A stretch of 32,000 nucleotides of DNA, taken from the NCBI GenBank assembly GCA_016699265.1, contig CP064967.1:840001-872000 (forward strand). The letters are read 5' to 3'. This document shows positions 8,109-16,191 of the stretch, piece by piece. The first letter of the stretch is position 1; each line of letters starts with the position of its first letter. The notes under the pieces were generated by a model. The model was not told where the DNA came from and ran no database searches. It saw only the letters and a program-made list of their open reading frames with translations. The translations under genes and the position numbers were made by a program. Origin of the DNA: Candidatus Saccharimonadota bacterium. Lineage in GTDB: Bacteria > Patescibacteriota > Microgenomatia > UBA1406 > GWC2-37-13.

Positions 8109-10292
8109 CTAGCGACCCGATACTGCCCCTATCTCAAGGAACATATATGGAAATCGCTCAAGAGGCTTCAGACTTGGGGAAGAGACTGGTTCTGTTCCAG
8201 TGGCACCTGTGAGATAGAAGTGAACTCGATGAAATGCCTGCGGTTGTTGTGTTGTGCTGATTGGCAGCTTGGAATTAAGTTCCTGCTGTGGAATCAGGCC
8301 TATGAAAAGTGTTGAGTACCGAACATCTTTTGCACTGTTACCGATCTCGCTCGCTACTCTTTGGGTCTCGAGTTCTGTCAGAGCAAGCTTTTTACCAATC
8401 TGCTTTGAGAAATTTCCGATCTCATCTTTTTTTACAGTCCAACCTAATTTTGGTTTATTAAAAGTAACTGGTTGGTATTCGTAGTAAATATATGGACGAG
8501 AAACGCCGTTCACATTGAGATTTACTCCGTTATTCACATCAACATTCCAGGTACTGTTTTTAACTAATGGGTCTGCGTAAGTAAGTGAGAAGTTTGGACT
8601 TATGGTTATAGACCTTGTGGTTGAGGAATAGACAAAAAGAGTTGGAGAATAACCGGAAATTTGAATCGGACAATTTACAGGCAAGCCTTGATCTAATTTT
8701 ACTGTCAAGTTGGGATCAACTTCCTGCGGTCTATCACCCGTTTGAGTTTTTGCTAACGCTATCCCCTGCTCTATAGTAACGTAAAACTGCGCAACGTCAG
8801 CAGTCTTTGGGATAACGTATAAATCGCCACCGCTTACAAAGTATTGATTTCCTTCTGGGTCTATTTGTACATTCGTAGGCTCAATGTCATTGCTACATGT
8901 TATTGCGGGAGGTAGCGGAGCAGACGTTTCAACAACCTCGGCTACCTGCCCTGGAGTAAGTACTACCGGAGGCTGAGTTGGTAGCGGTGTTGGGGGTGGT
9001 GGAGTTGGTGTCGGCGTAAAGGTACCTAGGTTAATTCCTGGATTTTCATCTTCAGATTGAGCCAGTAATCGTGAGGTAGAAGCTCCGAGCACCTCTTGTT
9101 TTGTAGCAGAGACCGCAGCAAGAACCTTCACTCTATATCCTGAGGCTAGAACACCGCTACCTCTAAATACATAGTAAGGAATGAGTTTTGTCTGGACTGT
9201 GCCTGGCATCTCCTCAAGGTAAGTTAGGATACTCTCAGTCACCTCCACCTGTGAAAGCTTAGCGGTGTCTTTGGGATACAACTTCGCATAGTCAACGACA
9301 CCCTCTCCTGCTGGGATCGTATAGATCCTGTCGTATCGATTCGCCTTCAAACGCGTAACTGCATCGGCATAGGAGATCGTAGGCATTTGTTCGACTCCTT
9401 TAATACGTCGGGCATTAGATGTTATAGAAACTACCTTACCGTCCTTTACTCCGACCGTGACGGTGCTAAAGTCATTGGGTCTTCGCAGACCATCTGTTTT
9501 GTCCGAAGTATTGATTACTCTTTTGTCCTTAACGTTGCCCACCGCTACTCCAATTTTTAGTTTGGAAAAAGGAATAGCCTCTTGAGTATTGAAAAGACCC
9601 AAAAAACTCAGAACCGGAAGTCCACTGGCTTCCCAGCTCCTATGCAGTTCGTAGTATCTAACTCCTGGGTTATTCGTTTTATCAAACTCAGTCGTAATCA
9701 CTAATGTATTTTCGTGAAATAATCTATGTACCAAGCTCTCTACCGCACTTCTTCTATCGGCTTCTTTTTCATCTGCCAAACTGACTCCTTTTGGTGACAG
9801 TAGAATAAATGAACCACTCGGTTTCTGGACATACAACATGTCTGAAGTTTGAGACGTAACAATAAATCGATTCGCATTTTCTTCAATCTTGGGTTGTTGA
9901 TAAAATCCTACCAACATATTATTTAGGTCAGTGAGTGTGAAATTTTCCAGAAAGGAATAAACTCTAGCAGAAGGTTGGGATTTCAGTGCAGTGGCCAAAA
10001 TATTCCATTTCCCAACAGTTACCTGAGGTAAAGGATGTGATTGAGGAGTCGCGGCCCCTACTCCTTTTTTCAGTCCGCCCTTAGTAGTAGAGTTCTTTCC
10101 AGAATTTAGTTGCTCATTTGAGTTTGTTTTTTGATTGGAGAAATAGGCTACGGCAACAACGATGGTCAGGAGAACTCCGCATAAAACACCCGCTAGTATT
10201 AGTAGCTTTTTCTTAGATCCATTCTCATTTTGAAACGGCAAATCGGCAACTTGTCCGCTTGAGGGTACGGCATTTGAATCTATGGCATTCAT
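8109..10292 (-). CDS. Membrane-anchored surface protein, paralogue B (727 aa from ATG 10292)
   Basis: Same architecture as paralogue A, plus an in-frame ~100-aa C-terminal tail. ATG 10292 (MNAIDS...) is preferred over the TTG at 10301, which lies inside the -10 box. Confidence 0.85.
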   Translation of the reverse strand: MNAIDSNAVPSSGQVADLPFQNENGSKKKLLILAGVLCGVLLTIVVAVAYFSNQKTNSNEQLNSGKNSTTKGGLKKGVGAATPQSHPLPQVTVGKWNILATALKSQPSARVYSFLENFTLTDLNNMLVGFYQQPKIEENANRFIVTSQTSDMLYVQKPSGSFILLSPKGVSLADEKEADRRSAVESLVHRLFHENTLVITTEFDKTNNPGVRYYELHRSWEASGLPVLSFLGLFNTQEAIPFSKLKIGVAVGNVKDKRVINTSDKTDGLRRPNDFSTVTVGVKDGKVVSITSNARRIKGVEQMPTISYADAVTRLKANRYDRIYTIPAGEGVVDYAKLYPKDTAKLSQVEVTESILTYLEEMPGTVQTKLIPYYVFRGSGVLASGYRVKVLAAVSATKQEVLGASTSRLLAQSEDENPGINLGTFTPTPTPPPPTPLPTQPPVVLTPGQVAEVVETSAPLPPAITCSNDIEPTNVQIDPEGNQYFVSGGDLYVIPKTADVAQFYVTIEQGIALAKTQTGDRPQEVDPNLTVKLDQGLPVNCPIQISGYSPTLFVYSSTTRSITISPNFSLTYADPLVKNSTWNVDVNNGVNLNVNGVSRPYIYYEYQPVTFNKPKLGWTVKKDEIGNFSKQIGKKLALTELETQRVASEIGNSAKDVRYSTLFIGLIPQQELNSKLPISTTQQPQAFHRVHFYLTGATGTEPVSSPSLKPLERFPYMFLEIGAVSGR
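8122..8513. repeat. Direct repeat block 1, copy B
   Basis: Partner of 5873..6263, at an offset of 2249-2251 nt. Confidence 0.9.
8963..9602. repeat. Direct repeat block 2, copy B
   Basis: Partner of 6736..7375. Confidence 0.85.
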
Positions 10293-10300
10293 ATGTATCA

Positions 10301-10330
10301 ATATTAGTTTAATAACTAAGATAAAGTCAA
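10301..10330 (-). promoter_or_regulatory. Sigma70-like promoter TTGACT-N18-TAATAT, ending 8 nt before the ATG at 10292
   Basis: Minus strand reads aTTGACTttatcttagttattaaacTAATATtgatacatATG. It lies in the 48-nt gap after the Clp ATPase stop codon. Confidence 0.45.
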
Positions 10331-10340
10331 TATTTCCGAC

Positions 10341-12815
10341 CTACTTTTGAATAGTCGTGTAGTTGTCGACTACCTGTTTTTGAACATCGACAGCTGGTTG
10401 AGGAACGTTGCTTGGCGCAGATTGAGCAACAGATTGAAGTTTGGAAAAAACAAAGTTCTCATCACTCTCAACGTAGTCTATAACTATGGTATCCCCTGAG
10501 ATATATTTCTTTTCGATCAGTAAAAGAGCAACGGGATTTTCGATAGAACTCTGGATAAGACGTCGCAGAGGCCGAGCACCATAAACTGGATCGTACCCGT
10601 CTTTTGCTAACTGGGAAAGGGCTTTTTCCGTAATTGTTATGCCAACTCCTTGCTCCTTTAATAAAGACTTTGTTTTCTCTATGCCAAGCTTTGCAATCTC
10701 CACCATATGGTCTGGAGCTATTGGCTCAAAAATTATGACTTCGTCGAATCGATTGATTAACTCAGGCTTGAAGAATTTATGAAGTTCGGTCATTACTATC
10801 TCAGAGAGATGCTTGAAGTTTTTTTCCTTTTCTTCTTTTGGTTTTACTGAAGAAAGCTGTTGTTGAATCAGTACGCTCCCTATATTGGATGTCGTAATCA
10901 ATATGGTATTCTTAAATGAAACCGTGTTTCCTTTGTTGTCTGTTAATCTACCATCTTCAAGAACCTGTAGGAGTATATTGAACACGTCGGGATGTGCTTT
11001 CTCCACCTCATCAAGTAATACGATCGAGTAGGGTTTTCTTCTTACGGCCTCGGTAAGTTGTCCGCCTTCTTCGTATCCTACATATCCTGGAGGAGCGCCA
11101 ATCAACTTCGCAACTTCATGTTTTTCCATATACTCACTCATGTCCAGTCTTATAATGGCGTCATCTTTTCCAAATAGTGTTTCTGCTAACGTCTTTGCTA
11201 ATTCGGTCTTTCCTACACCTGTTGGACCGAGAAAAATGAAAGAGGCTATGGGTCTTCCGCTGCTTGCGAGTCCGATTCTTCCTCTTCTAACAGCCTCAGC
11301 AATAGAGCTTACGGCATGTTCTTGGCCTATAAGTCGCTTATGAATTAGTTTCTCAAGATTTAACAACTTTTGACTCTCGTCCTCTGTAAGCTTGGCGATT
11401 GGTATACCGGTCCATCCGCTTATTACGGCCTCTATGTCACTTTTCTTAACTTCACTGTCCTTTCTTTTGCCTCCTGCGAACTCCAACTTAACTCCCGCCG
11501 CTGCCTCGTCTATAAGGTCAACCGCCTTATCTGGTAGATATCTTTCCCCTATATATCTCTTGGAAAGATGCACCGAAGCATCTATTGCTTCCTGAGAAAT
11601 CGTAACCTTATGAAACGCTTCATACTTCGGTTTAAGATAGAGCAGCATGCTTTTTGCAACGTCTTCTGTTGGTTCCTCAACCAATACAGGTTGGAATCTT
11701 CGTTCAAAAGCCTTGTCTTTCTGGAAATGTTTTCTGTATTCTGACAGAGTTGTCGTGCCAATTATCTGTATCTGGCCACGAGAAAGATATGGTTTTATTA
11801 TGTTTGACGCATCCATAGATCCCTGCTCATCTCCAGCCCCTATTAAGGTATGAACCTCATCTACAAAAAGAATTATTTGCCCCTGTGAAATCTGGACTTC
11901 CTTTATGACATTTCTGATTCTTTCCTCAAACTCTCCTCTATGACTTGCTCCCGCAACTAAGGACGACATCTCAAGTTGAATAATTTTCTTTGATGAAAGT
12001 TCTTTAGGGGTCTTGTTCTGAACAATTGCTTGTGCCAAACCTTCTACAACTGCTGTCTTTCCCACTCCAGCCTCACCTATCACGATTGGATTATTTTTAG
12101 TTCTCCTTAGCAATATATGGACTACGCGCTCAACCTCCACATCTCTTCCGCATACAGGATCTAATAAGTTTTGTCGCGCCATTTCCGTTAGGTCACTTCC
12201 GTATGTCTGCAGAACAGATTTTTTAATCGGTTTATCATTTGTCATGCTCTTTACCATTTCTTTTTGTTTCTCCTCGTCGAATCCATGATTTTTTAGCACT
12301 GCAGCCACAGTCACAGCTTCTGGCTCAGTCAAAAATGACTGTAATATATCGAGTGGTTCTATAAATGAAGAGTTCTTACCTTTTGCGACGGTGAGCGCGC
12401 TCTCAAGTAACTTAATGCTCTTTTGCCCTAATGTTGGCTGGCCGGAAAAACTACCACGGACCTGACTGCTTTGAAGCTCGCTCAAAATCTTCTCGGGATC
12501 AATAGTGGCTTTTTTAAACAGACTGAAAATTACTCGATCATAGAGAAGACCTATAAGTATCTGCTCTGGTTCTATAGCAGATTGGTTAATTTTTTTTGTC
12601 TCATTCTCAGCCTGACTCAAGACCTGAGTTGAGTCACTGTCTAGCTGGCTCAAAACAGATACGCTGTTGCGTACACTTGGAGACATCGATGAGCCCACAA
12701 CGTTTGGACCTTGTTCTACGGGAGACGGTTGGGTTGGCGCAGCCTCCGCGATTGCAGGAGCAACATAAGTGGGCATTGGCGCAACTTTTTTATTTCTAAA
12801 CAATCCTCCGAGCAT
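10341..12815 (-). CDS. Clp/Hsp100-family double-ring AAA+ ATPase (ClpA/B/C-like, atypical)
   Basis: 824 aa. Two Clp_N-like repeats. D1 has Walker A GEAGVGKTAVVEG and Walker B ILFVDEVH. D2 has Walker A GPTGVGKTELAK and Walker B IVLLDEVEKAHPDV, plus GARPLRR. The D1-D2 linker is very short. Confidence 0.9.
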   Translation of the reverse strand: MLGGLFRNKKVAPMPTYVAPAIAEAAPTQPSPVEQGPNVVGSSMSPSVRNSVSVLSQLDSDSTQVLSQAENETKKINQSAIEPEQILIGLLYDRVIFSLFKKATIDPEKILSELQSSQVRGSFSGQPTLGQKSIKLLESALTVAKGKNSSFIEPLDILQSFLTEPEAVTVAAVLKNHGFDEEKQKEMVKSMTNDKPIKKSVLQTYGSDLTEMARQNLLDPVCGRDVEVERVVHILLRRTKNNPIVIGEAGVGKTAVVEGLAQAIVQNKTPKELSSKKIIQLEMSSLVAGASHRGEFEERIRNVIKEVQISQGQIILFVDEVHTLIGAGDEQGSMDASNIIKPYLSRGQIQIIGTTTLSEYRKHFQKDKAFERRFQPVLVEEPTEDVAKSMLLYLKPKYEAFHKVTISQEAIDASVHLSKRYIGERYLPDKAVDLIDEAAAGVKLEFAGGKRKDSEVKKSDIEAVISGWTGIPIAKLTEDESQKLLNLEKLIHKRLIGQEHAVSSIAEAVRRGRIGLASSGRPIASFIFLGPTGVGKTELAKTLAETLFGKDDAIIRLDMSEYMEKHEVAKLIGAPPGYVGYEEGGQLTEAVRRKPYSIVLLDEVEKAHPDVFNILLQVLEDGRLTDNKGNTVSFKNTILITTSNIGSVLIQQQLSSVKPKEEKEKNFKHLSEIVMTELHKFFKPELINRFDEVIIFEPIAPDHMVEIAKLGIEKTKSLLKEQGVGITITEKALSQLAKDGYDPVYGARPLRRLIQSSIENPVALLLIEKKYISGDTIVIDYVESDENFVFSKLQSVAQSAPSNVPQPAVDVQKQVVDNYTTIQK

Positions 12816-12820
12816 AATTT

Positions 12821-12849
12821 ATTATGCTTTATTGTTAATGACATGTAAA
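12821..12849 (-). promoter_or_regulatory. Sigma70-like promoter TTTACA-N17-CATAAT, ending 5 nt before the ATG at 12815
   Basis: Minus strand reads cTTTACAtgtcattaacaataaagCATAATaaattATG. No Shine-Dalgarno sequence. Confidence 0.45.
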
Positions 12850-12915
12850 GCACTTGGCCACCATATCAATTGAGCTTTTCCATCGGTTAGACAACCCTCA
12901 TAAATCCAGAAGTTC

Positions 12916-14925
12916 TTAACTGTCTTGTTTCAAATTTGAAACTTCGAGCGAGGAGAAATTATTTTTTTCCGGCTCTACCTTTGCCTCAACATGGAGCTCT
13001 TTTGAGCTTAACTGTTGTTTTGCTTCAACATCTACAAATTCCTCATCCTTAACCTCCGCGAGCTTTTCTAAAACAGATTTACATGCTTCTTCTTTCGATT
13101 TTAGATATGCGATAACCTCGGTCTGTGAGAATCCTCCAACCAATAGAATTGGCAGGATTTTTGAGGCTTTCGACATCCCTTCTCTTCCTTTTTCTTTGTC
13201 GCGAGATACTAATAGATTGATTAACTCCTCTACGTCCTTGAGTTCCTGCTTAATCCAGTCCTCTCTTTTCATCTGAGCACCTTCTTTGCTCTTTGGAGGG
13301 TTTATTTTTTGGTAATTTGCAATCCATGTTTTTTTAACGTCCTCATAGTCATCTATACTTACGCTTTGAACTGGATTTACAGTTGGAAAAGTATCGAGCG
13401 TTGAACCTGAGGTTACGGTCTCTGCCGCTTTCAAAATTGTTGCGGCAACCGAACTACCTTGCTCCTTATCGTGAAGAAGTCGAGTTCTCACGTATGAGTA
13501 GTGATGTCGATCCTCAGCCGAGGTCATAGTCTCTGGTCTAGCGACTCCCATTAAGGTGTTCTGGATATTTGTTATTTGCTGTGTTTGTCCTTCGAATTTT
13601 GCAATGTCTCTGATTGTGGGAATTGTCATATTTATAAGACGCATACTCTCAGTATCTTTTTGGGTATATGTTTGGCGTGAAGTTGAGTAACGGCTTGTCT
13701 CACTTGATGTGCTCGATTGATAGCTGGGAATCGCTCTTTCTACGCCCGTAGAACGTGTAGAACTGGGTGGAATGATTACGGGTCCAGGACTGGACAAAAA
13801 CCTGTTATACAGTCCTGAAGAAGATTTAAATAGTTGGTAGACGCCCTCCTGAAGGGGATAACTTTTGAAGACATCGATCAAAATCTTTAACAATATGAAT
13901 GGGAGGATAATTACGACCCACAGCATGAGAAGAGAAACTACGTACAATGCGAAGGTTCCCGGATTATTAACGCTATTTTCAATAGAAATCACTTGACCAG
14001 GACCACCAATAAGAATGTTTACCGCTGTGGGATACAGTCCCGCTTCAGTACCAAAAGCAAAGTCAAGGGGTATTCCGGATGTTGTAGGAGTACTGGCTTT
14101 CCAGATAATAACAAGCCCAGAAAGTAAAACAGTAAAAATGGGCGCATACAGTACCCATCTAAGAAACTCGCCTACCCAAATTTTAGCAGTGTTTCTTATC
14201 GGATTGAAAAGAATCAACAAAGGAAATATTGGAGACAAAATAATGAAGAACCACATAATTATCTTCCTAATTAGAAGGATTCCGGCCATCGCAAAATAAG
14301 TTGCTGAAGTGGCTCTTATCAGAAACAAAGAAATTTCTCCAGACTCATTTAACTGATCACCAGTTCTTCTAAAACCCTGGAAACTGGTGTAGTCGAAAGA
14401 GATGCTTAGCAAATCTTTTGAGGAGATTATTGAACCATTTGACAATCTTAAGAAAAATCCTTGTATGAGATCTGTAAGCTGATATATTATCTGCAGAAGC
14501 GAATAGGAAAAAGCTATGAGAAGAACGATAGCAATAAACCTAGGAATAAACTCTTTGACCTTCAGGTTTCTTCCCCTTGTCGTTACGAATACGAAGGCAG
14601 CTATCAAAACCATTAGGATTAAAAATGCATACACAACGTCTCTGATGGAGACCCATGCGCTCGCTAATGGACTTGGCTGCCCAGGAACAACATTAGCCCA
14701 GTAATAAGTTTGAAGCGTCCAGTCAAGGAATGCCCCTATTCTGTTTGCCGTTTTACCAACCACTGTTGTTTCTGCATCCGTTACCCAACCAGTACTCACT
14801 ACGGCCTGTGTCCCTGCTGGGGTTGTCGTTGAAACTCTACCCTGCGCAATGACTGGCCGAAAGACAGAACTCGCCAAGAATAAAACAACCAGTCCCGTGA
14901 AGAATGTGTTAACAATATTTCTCAT
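12916..14925 (-). CDS. Large polytopic membrane protein with a long cytoplasmic C-terminal region (possible VirB6/TrbL-like partner of the pilin)
   Basis: 669 aa. Signal-like N-terminus (LVVLFLASSVFRPVIAQG), at least 6 hydrophobic helices, and a Ser/Thr-rich then charged ~290-aa tail. The start lies 3 nt after the pilin-like stop codon. The VirB6 label rests only on topology and on the neighbouring pilin-like gene. Confidence 0.5.
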   Translation of the reverse strand: MRNIVNTFFTGLVVLFLASSVFRPVIAQGRVSTTTPAGTQAVVSTGWVTDAETTVVGKTANRIGAFLDWTLQTYYWANVVPGQPSPLASAWVSIRDVVYAFLILMVLIAAFVFVTTRGRNLKVKEFIPRFIAIVLLIAFSYSLLQIIYQLTDLIQGFFLRLSNGSIISSKDLLSISFDYTSFQGFRRTGDQLNESGEISLFLIRATSATYFAMAGILLIRKIIMWFFIILSPIFPLLILFNPIRNTAKIWVGEFLRWVLYAPIFTVLLSGLVIIWKASTPTTSGIPLDFAFGTEAGLYPTAVNILIGGPGQVISIENSVNNPGTFALYVVSLLMLWVVIILPFILLKILIDVFKSYPLQEGVYQLFKSSSGLYNRFLSSPGPVIIPPSSTRSTGVERAIPSYQSSTSSETSRYSTSRQTYTQKDTESMRLINMTIPTIRDIAKFEGQTQQITNIQNTLMGVARPETMTSAEDRHHYSYVRTRLLHDKEQGSSVAATILKAAETVTSGSTLDTFPTVNPVQSVSIDDYEDVKKTWIANYQKINPPKSKEGAQMKREDWIKQELKDVEELINLLVSRDKEKGREGMSKASKILPILLVGGFSQTEVIAYLKSKEEACKSVLEKLAEVKDEEFVDVEAKQQLSSKELHVEAKVEPEKNNFSSLEVSNLKQDS

Positions 14926-14928
14926 CTT

Positions 14929-15222
14929 TTATTCAAATCCTGGCACCTGTAATATTTGGGCGACTATCACCTTTACAAAAAGTACCCCCAAGGCTGCAAA
15001 CACTAATCCAATTACTGAGTATTTAAGATAATCCTTTCCCTTATTTACTTCATCGGGTCTGCCCTGTGAAGTTATAAGAACATAACTTCCGTAAATTAAT
15101 GACAAGAAAGAAACTATACCTATGAGTCCTAGGCCAATGTTGTATACGAATTGTACAAAATGTGCTGGGTCCCCCGGAATACACCCTAGGTCCGTAGCCA
15201 TTTCTCCAGTTTTACAGTCCAT
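14929..15222 (-). CDS. T4SS-pilin-like small membrane protein (TrbC/VirB2-like, CPR type)
   Basis: 97 aa. A DLGCIPGDPAHFV motif is followed by two hydrophobic helices separated by SQGRPDEVNKGKDY. From memory this matches the Pfam T4SS_pilin family described from CPR genomes. Confidence 0.6.
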   Translation of the reverse strand: MDCKTGEMATDLGCIPGDPAHFVQFVYNIGLGLIGIVSFLSLIYGSYVLITSQGRPDEVNKGKDYLKYSVIGLVFAALGVLFVKVIVAQILQVPGFE

Positions 15223-15317
15223 ATTTTATAGTAACATAATGTGGGCGTGCGTGCTCAAACGCAGGAATTGTCTATGGATGAAGTATGGGTAATTGCCAAG
15301 CTATAAAGAATCCTTAA

Positions 15318-15695
15318 TTATCGTCGTCGGTTCTCGGTTTTAAAGTTTTTCTTTATGCCAACCACGACCGGAAGAATGAAGATTAAGATGTAATACAGAT
15401 ACACATCTGGTTTATAGTACCCATCTGCAGGATTGAAGACCTTAACAAGAAGAAAGTAGTCGAGAGCTATCGCAAGTATCGTCCATACCACAGCTAACAT
15501 TACGTAGTACTGAACGGATGTAGATTTAATTTTTTTAAATAAAACCCATAGAGTAATCACTGTACCAATTGGAGTAAGAATCCAACCAATCATCGATGGA
15601 CTCACAACGAAAAAAAGCAGAATACCTAGAATGTAACCGATCAACCAAAGAACTGAACCCCAACCAAACGCGTCCTTGTAAAACTGTTTACTCAT
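15318..15695 (-). CDS. Hypothetical 4-TM membrane protein
   Basis: 125 aa, four hydrophobic helices, basic C-terminus. No family recognised. Confidence 0.6.
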   Translation of the reverse strand: MSKQFYKDAFGWGSVLWLIGYILGILLFFVVSPSMIGWILTPIGTVITLWVLFKKIKSTSVQYYVMLAVVWTILAIALDYFLLVKVFNPADGYYKPDVYLYYILIFILPVVVGIKKNFKTENRRR

Positions 15696-15703
15696 ACGAC
15701 TTA

Positions 15704-15732
15704 AATGTACTCCTTGAGTATTATTTTTTCAA
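15704..15732 (-). promoter_or_regulatory. Sigma70-like promoter TTGAAA-N17-TACATT, ending 8 nt before the ATG at 15695
   Basis: Minus strand reads cTTGAAAaaataatactcaaggagTACATTtaagtcgtATG. Confidence 0.45.
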
Positions 15733-15740
15733 GAATTCAA

Positions 15741-16184
15741 TCACTCGAACTCTGAAAAAATCAATTTACTTCGATAGTACTGTATCGCGACCTTTACGTT
15801 TGGGACAATGTTGTCAGGCAAATCATCGAGATCGAACCATTGAATGCTGTCGCACTTTGTGGGCTCTGTATTTATTGGTTCTCCGGTCCAGTACTCAACC
15901 TTGAAATAAAAATCGACATGATCACGATCTCCAACAGCCTTTTTATTTCTATGCATAACGTGGTAAAAAGTGAGCGTAGTTTCGTCGATATCGAGTCCTA
16001 TTTCTTCCTTCACCTCTCGGACAAGAGCACTTTTAAGCGTCTCGCTCTCTTCAACATGACCCGATGGGAGACCGTAACATCCATCCATCCAGCCGGTATT
16101 TTTTCGGAGCGACAAAAGAATTTTTTTATCCGAAATTAAGATTGCGTAAACTGCACAGTGAACAGCGTGATGATTGCCTTGCAT
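15741..16184 (-). CDS. Nudix hydrolase
   Basis: Complete Nudix box GHVEESETLKSALVREVKEEIGL (Gx5Ex7REUxEExGU). Confidence 0.9.
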   Translation of the reverse strand: MQGNHHAVHCAVYAILISDKKILLSLRKNTGWMDGCYGLPSGHVEESETLKSALVREVKEEIGLDIDETTLTFYHVMHRNKKAVGDRDHVDFYFKVEYWTGEPINTEPTKCDSIQWFDLDDLPDNIVPNVKVAIQYYRSKLIFSEFE

Positions 16185-16191
16185 GCCTTGA

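Noticed and set aside
8025-8484. Plus-strand ORFs (8025..8315, 8254..8484, 6005..6196) lying in the highly conserved repeat block
   Set aside because: The 8025 ORF is interrupted by a stop codon in the copy-A equivalent (…ESMLET then tga). The substitutions between copies are synonymous in the minus-strand frame and non-synonymous in these plus frames, so the minus-strand tail is the coding frame.
6264-8962. Diversity-generating retroelement (template and variable repeat pair) as the source of the divergent C-terminal segment of the two paralogues
   Set aside because: The window contains no reverse-transcriptase gene. The differences between the copies include indels and substitutions at all four bases rather than adenine-specific changes, and the divergent segment is much longer than a typical variable repeat.
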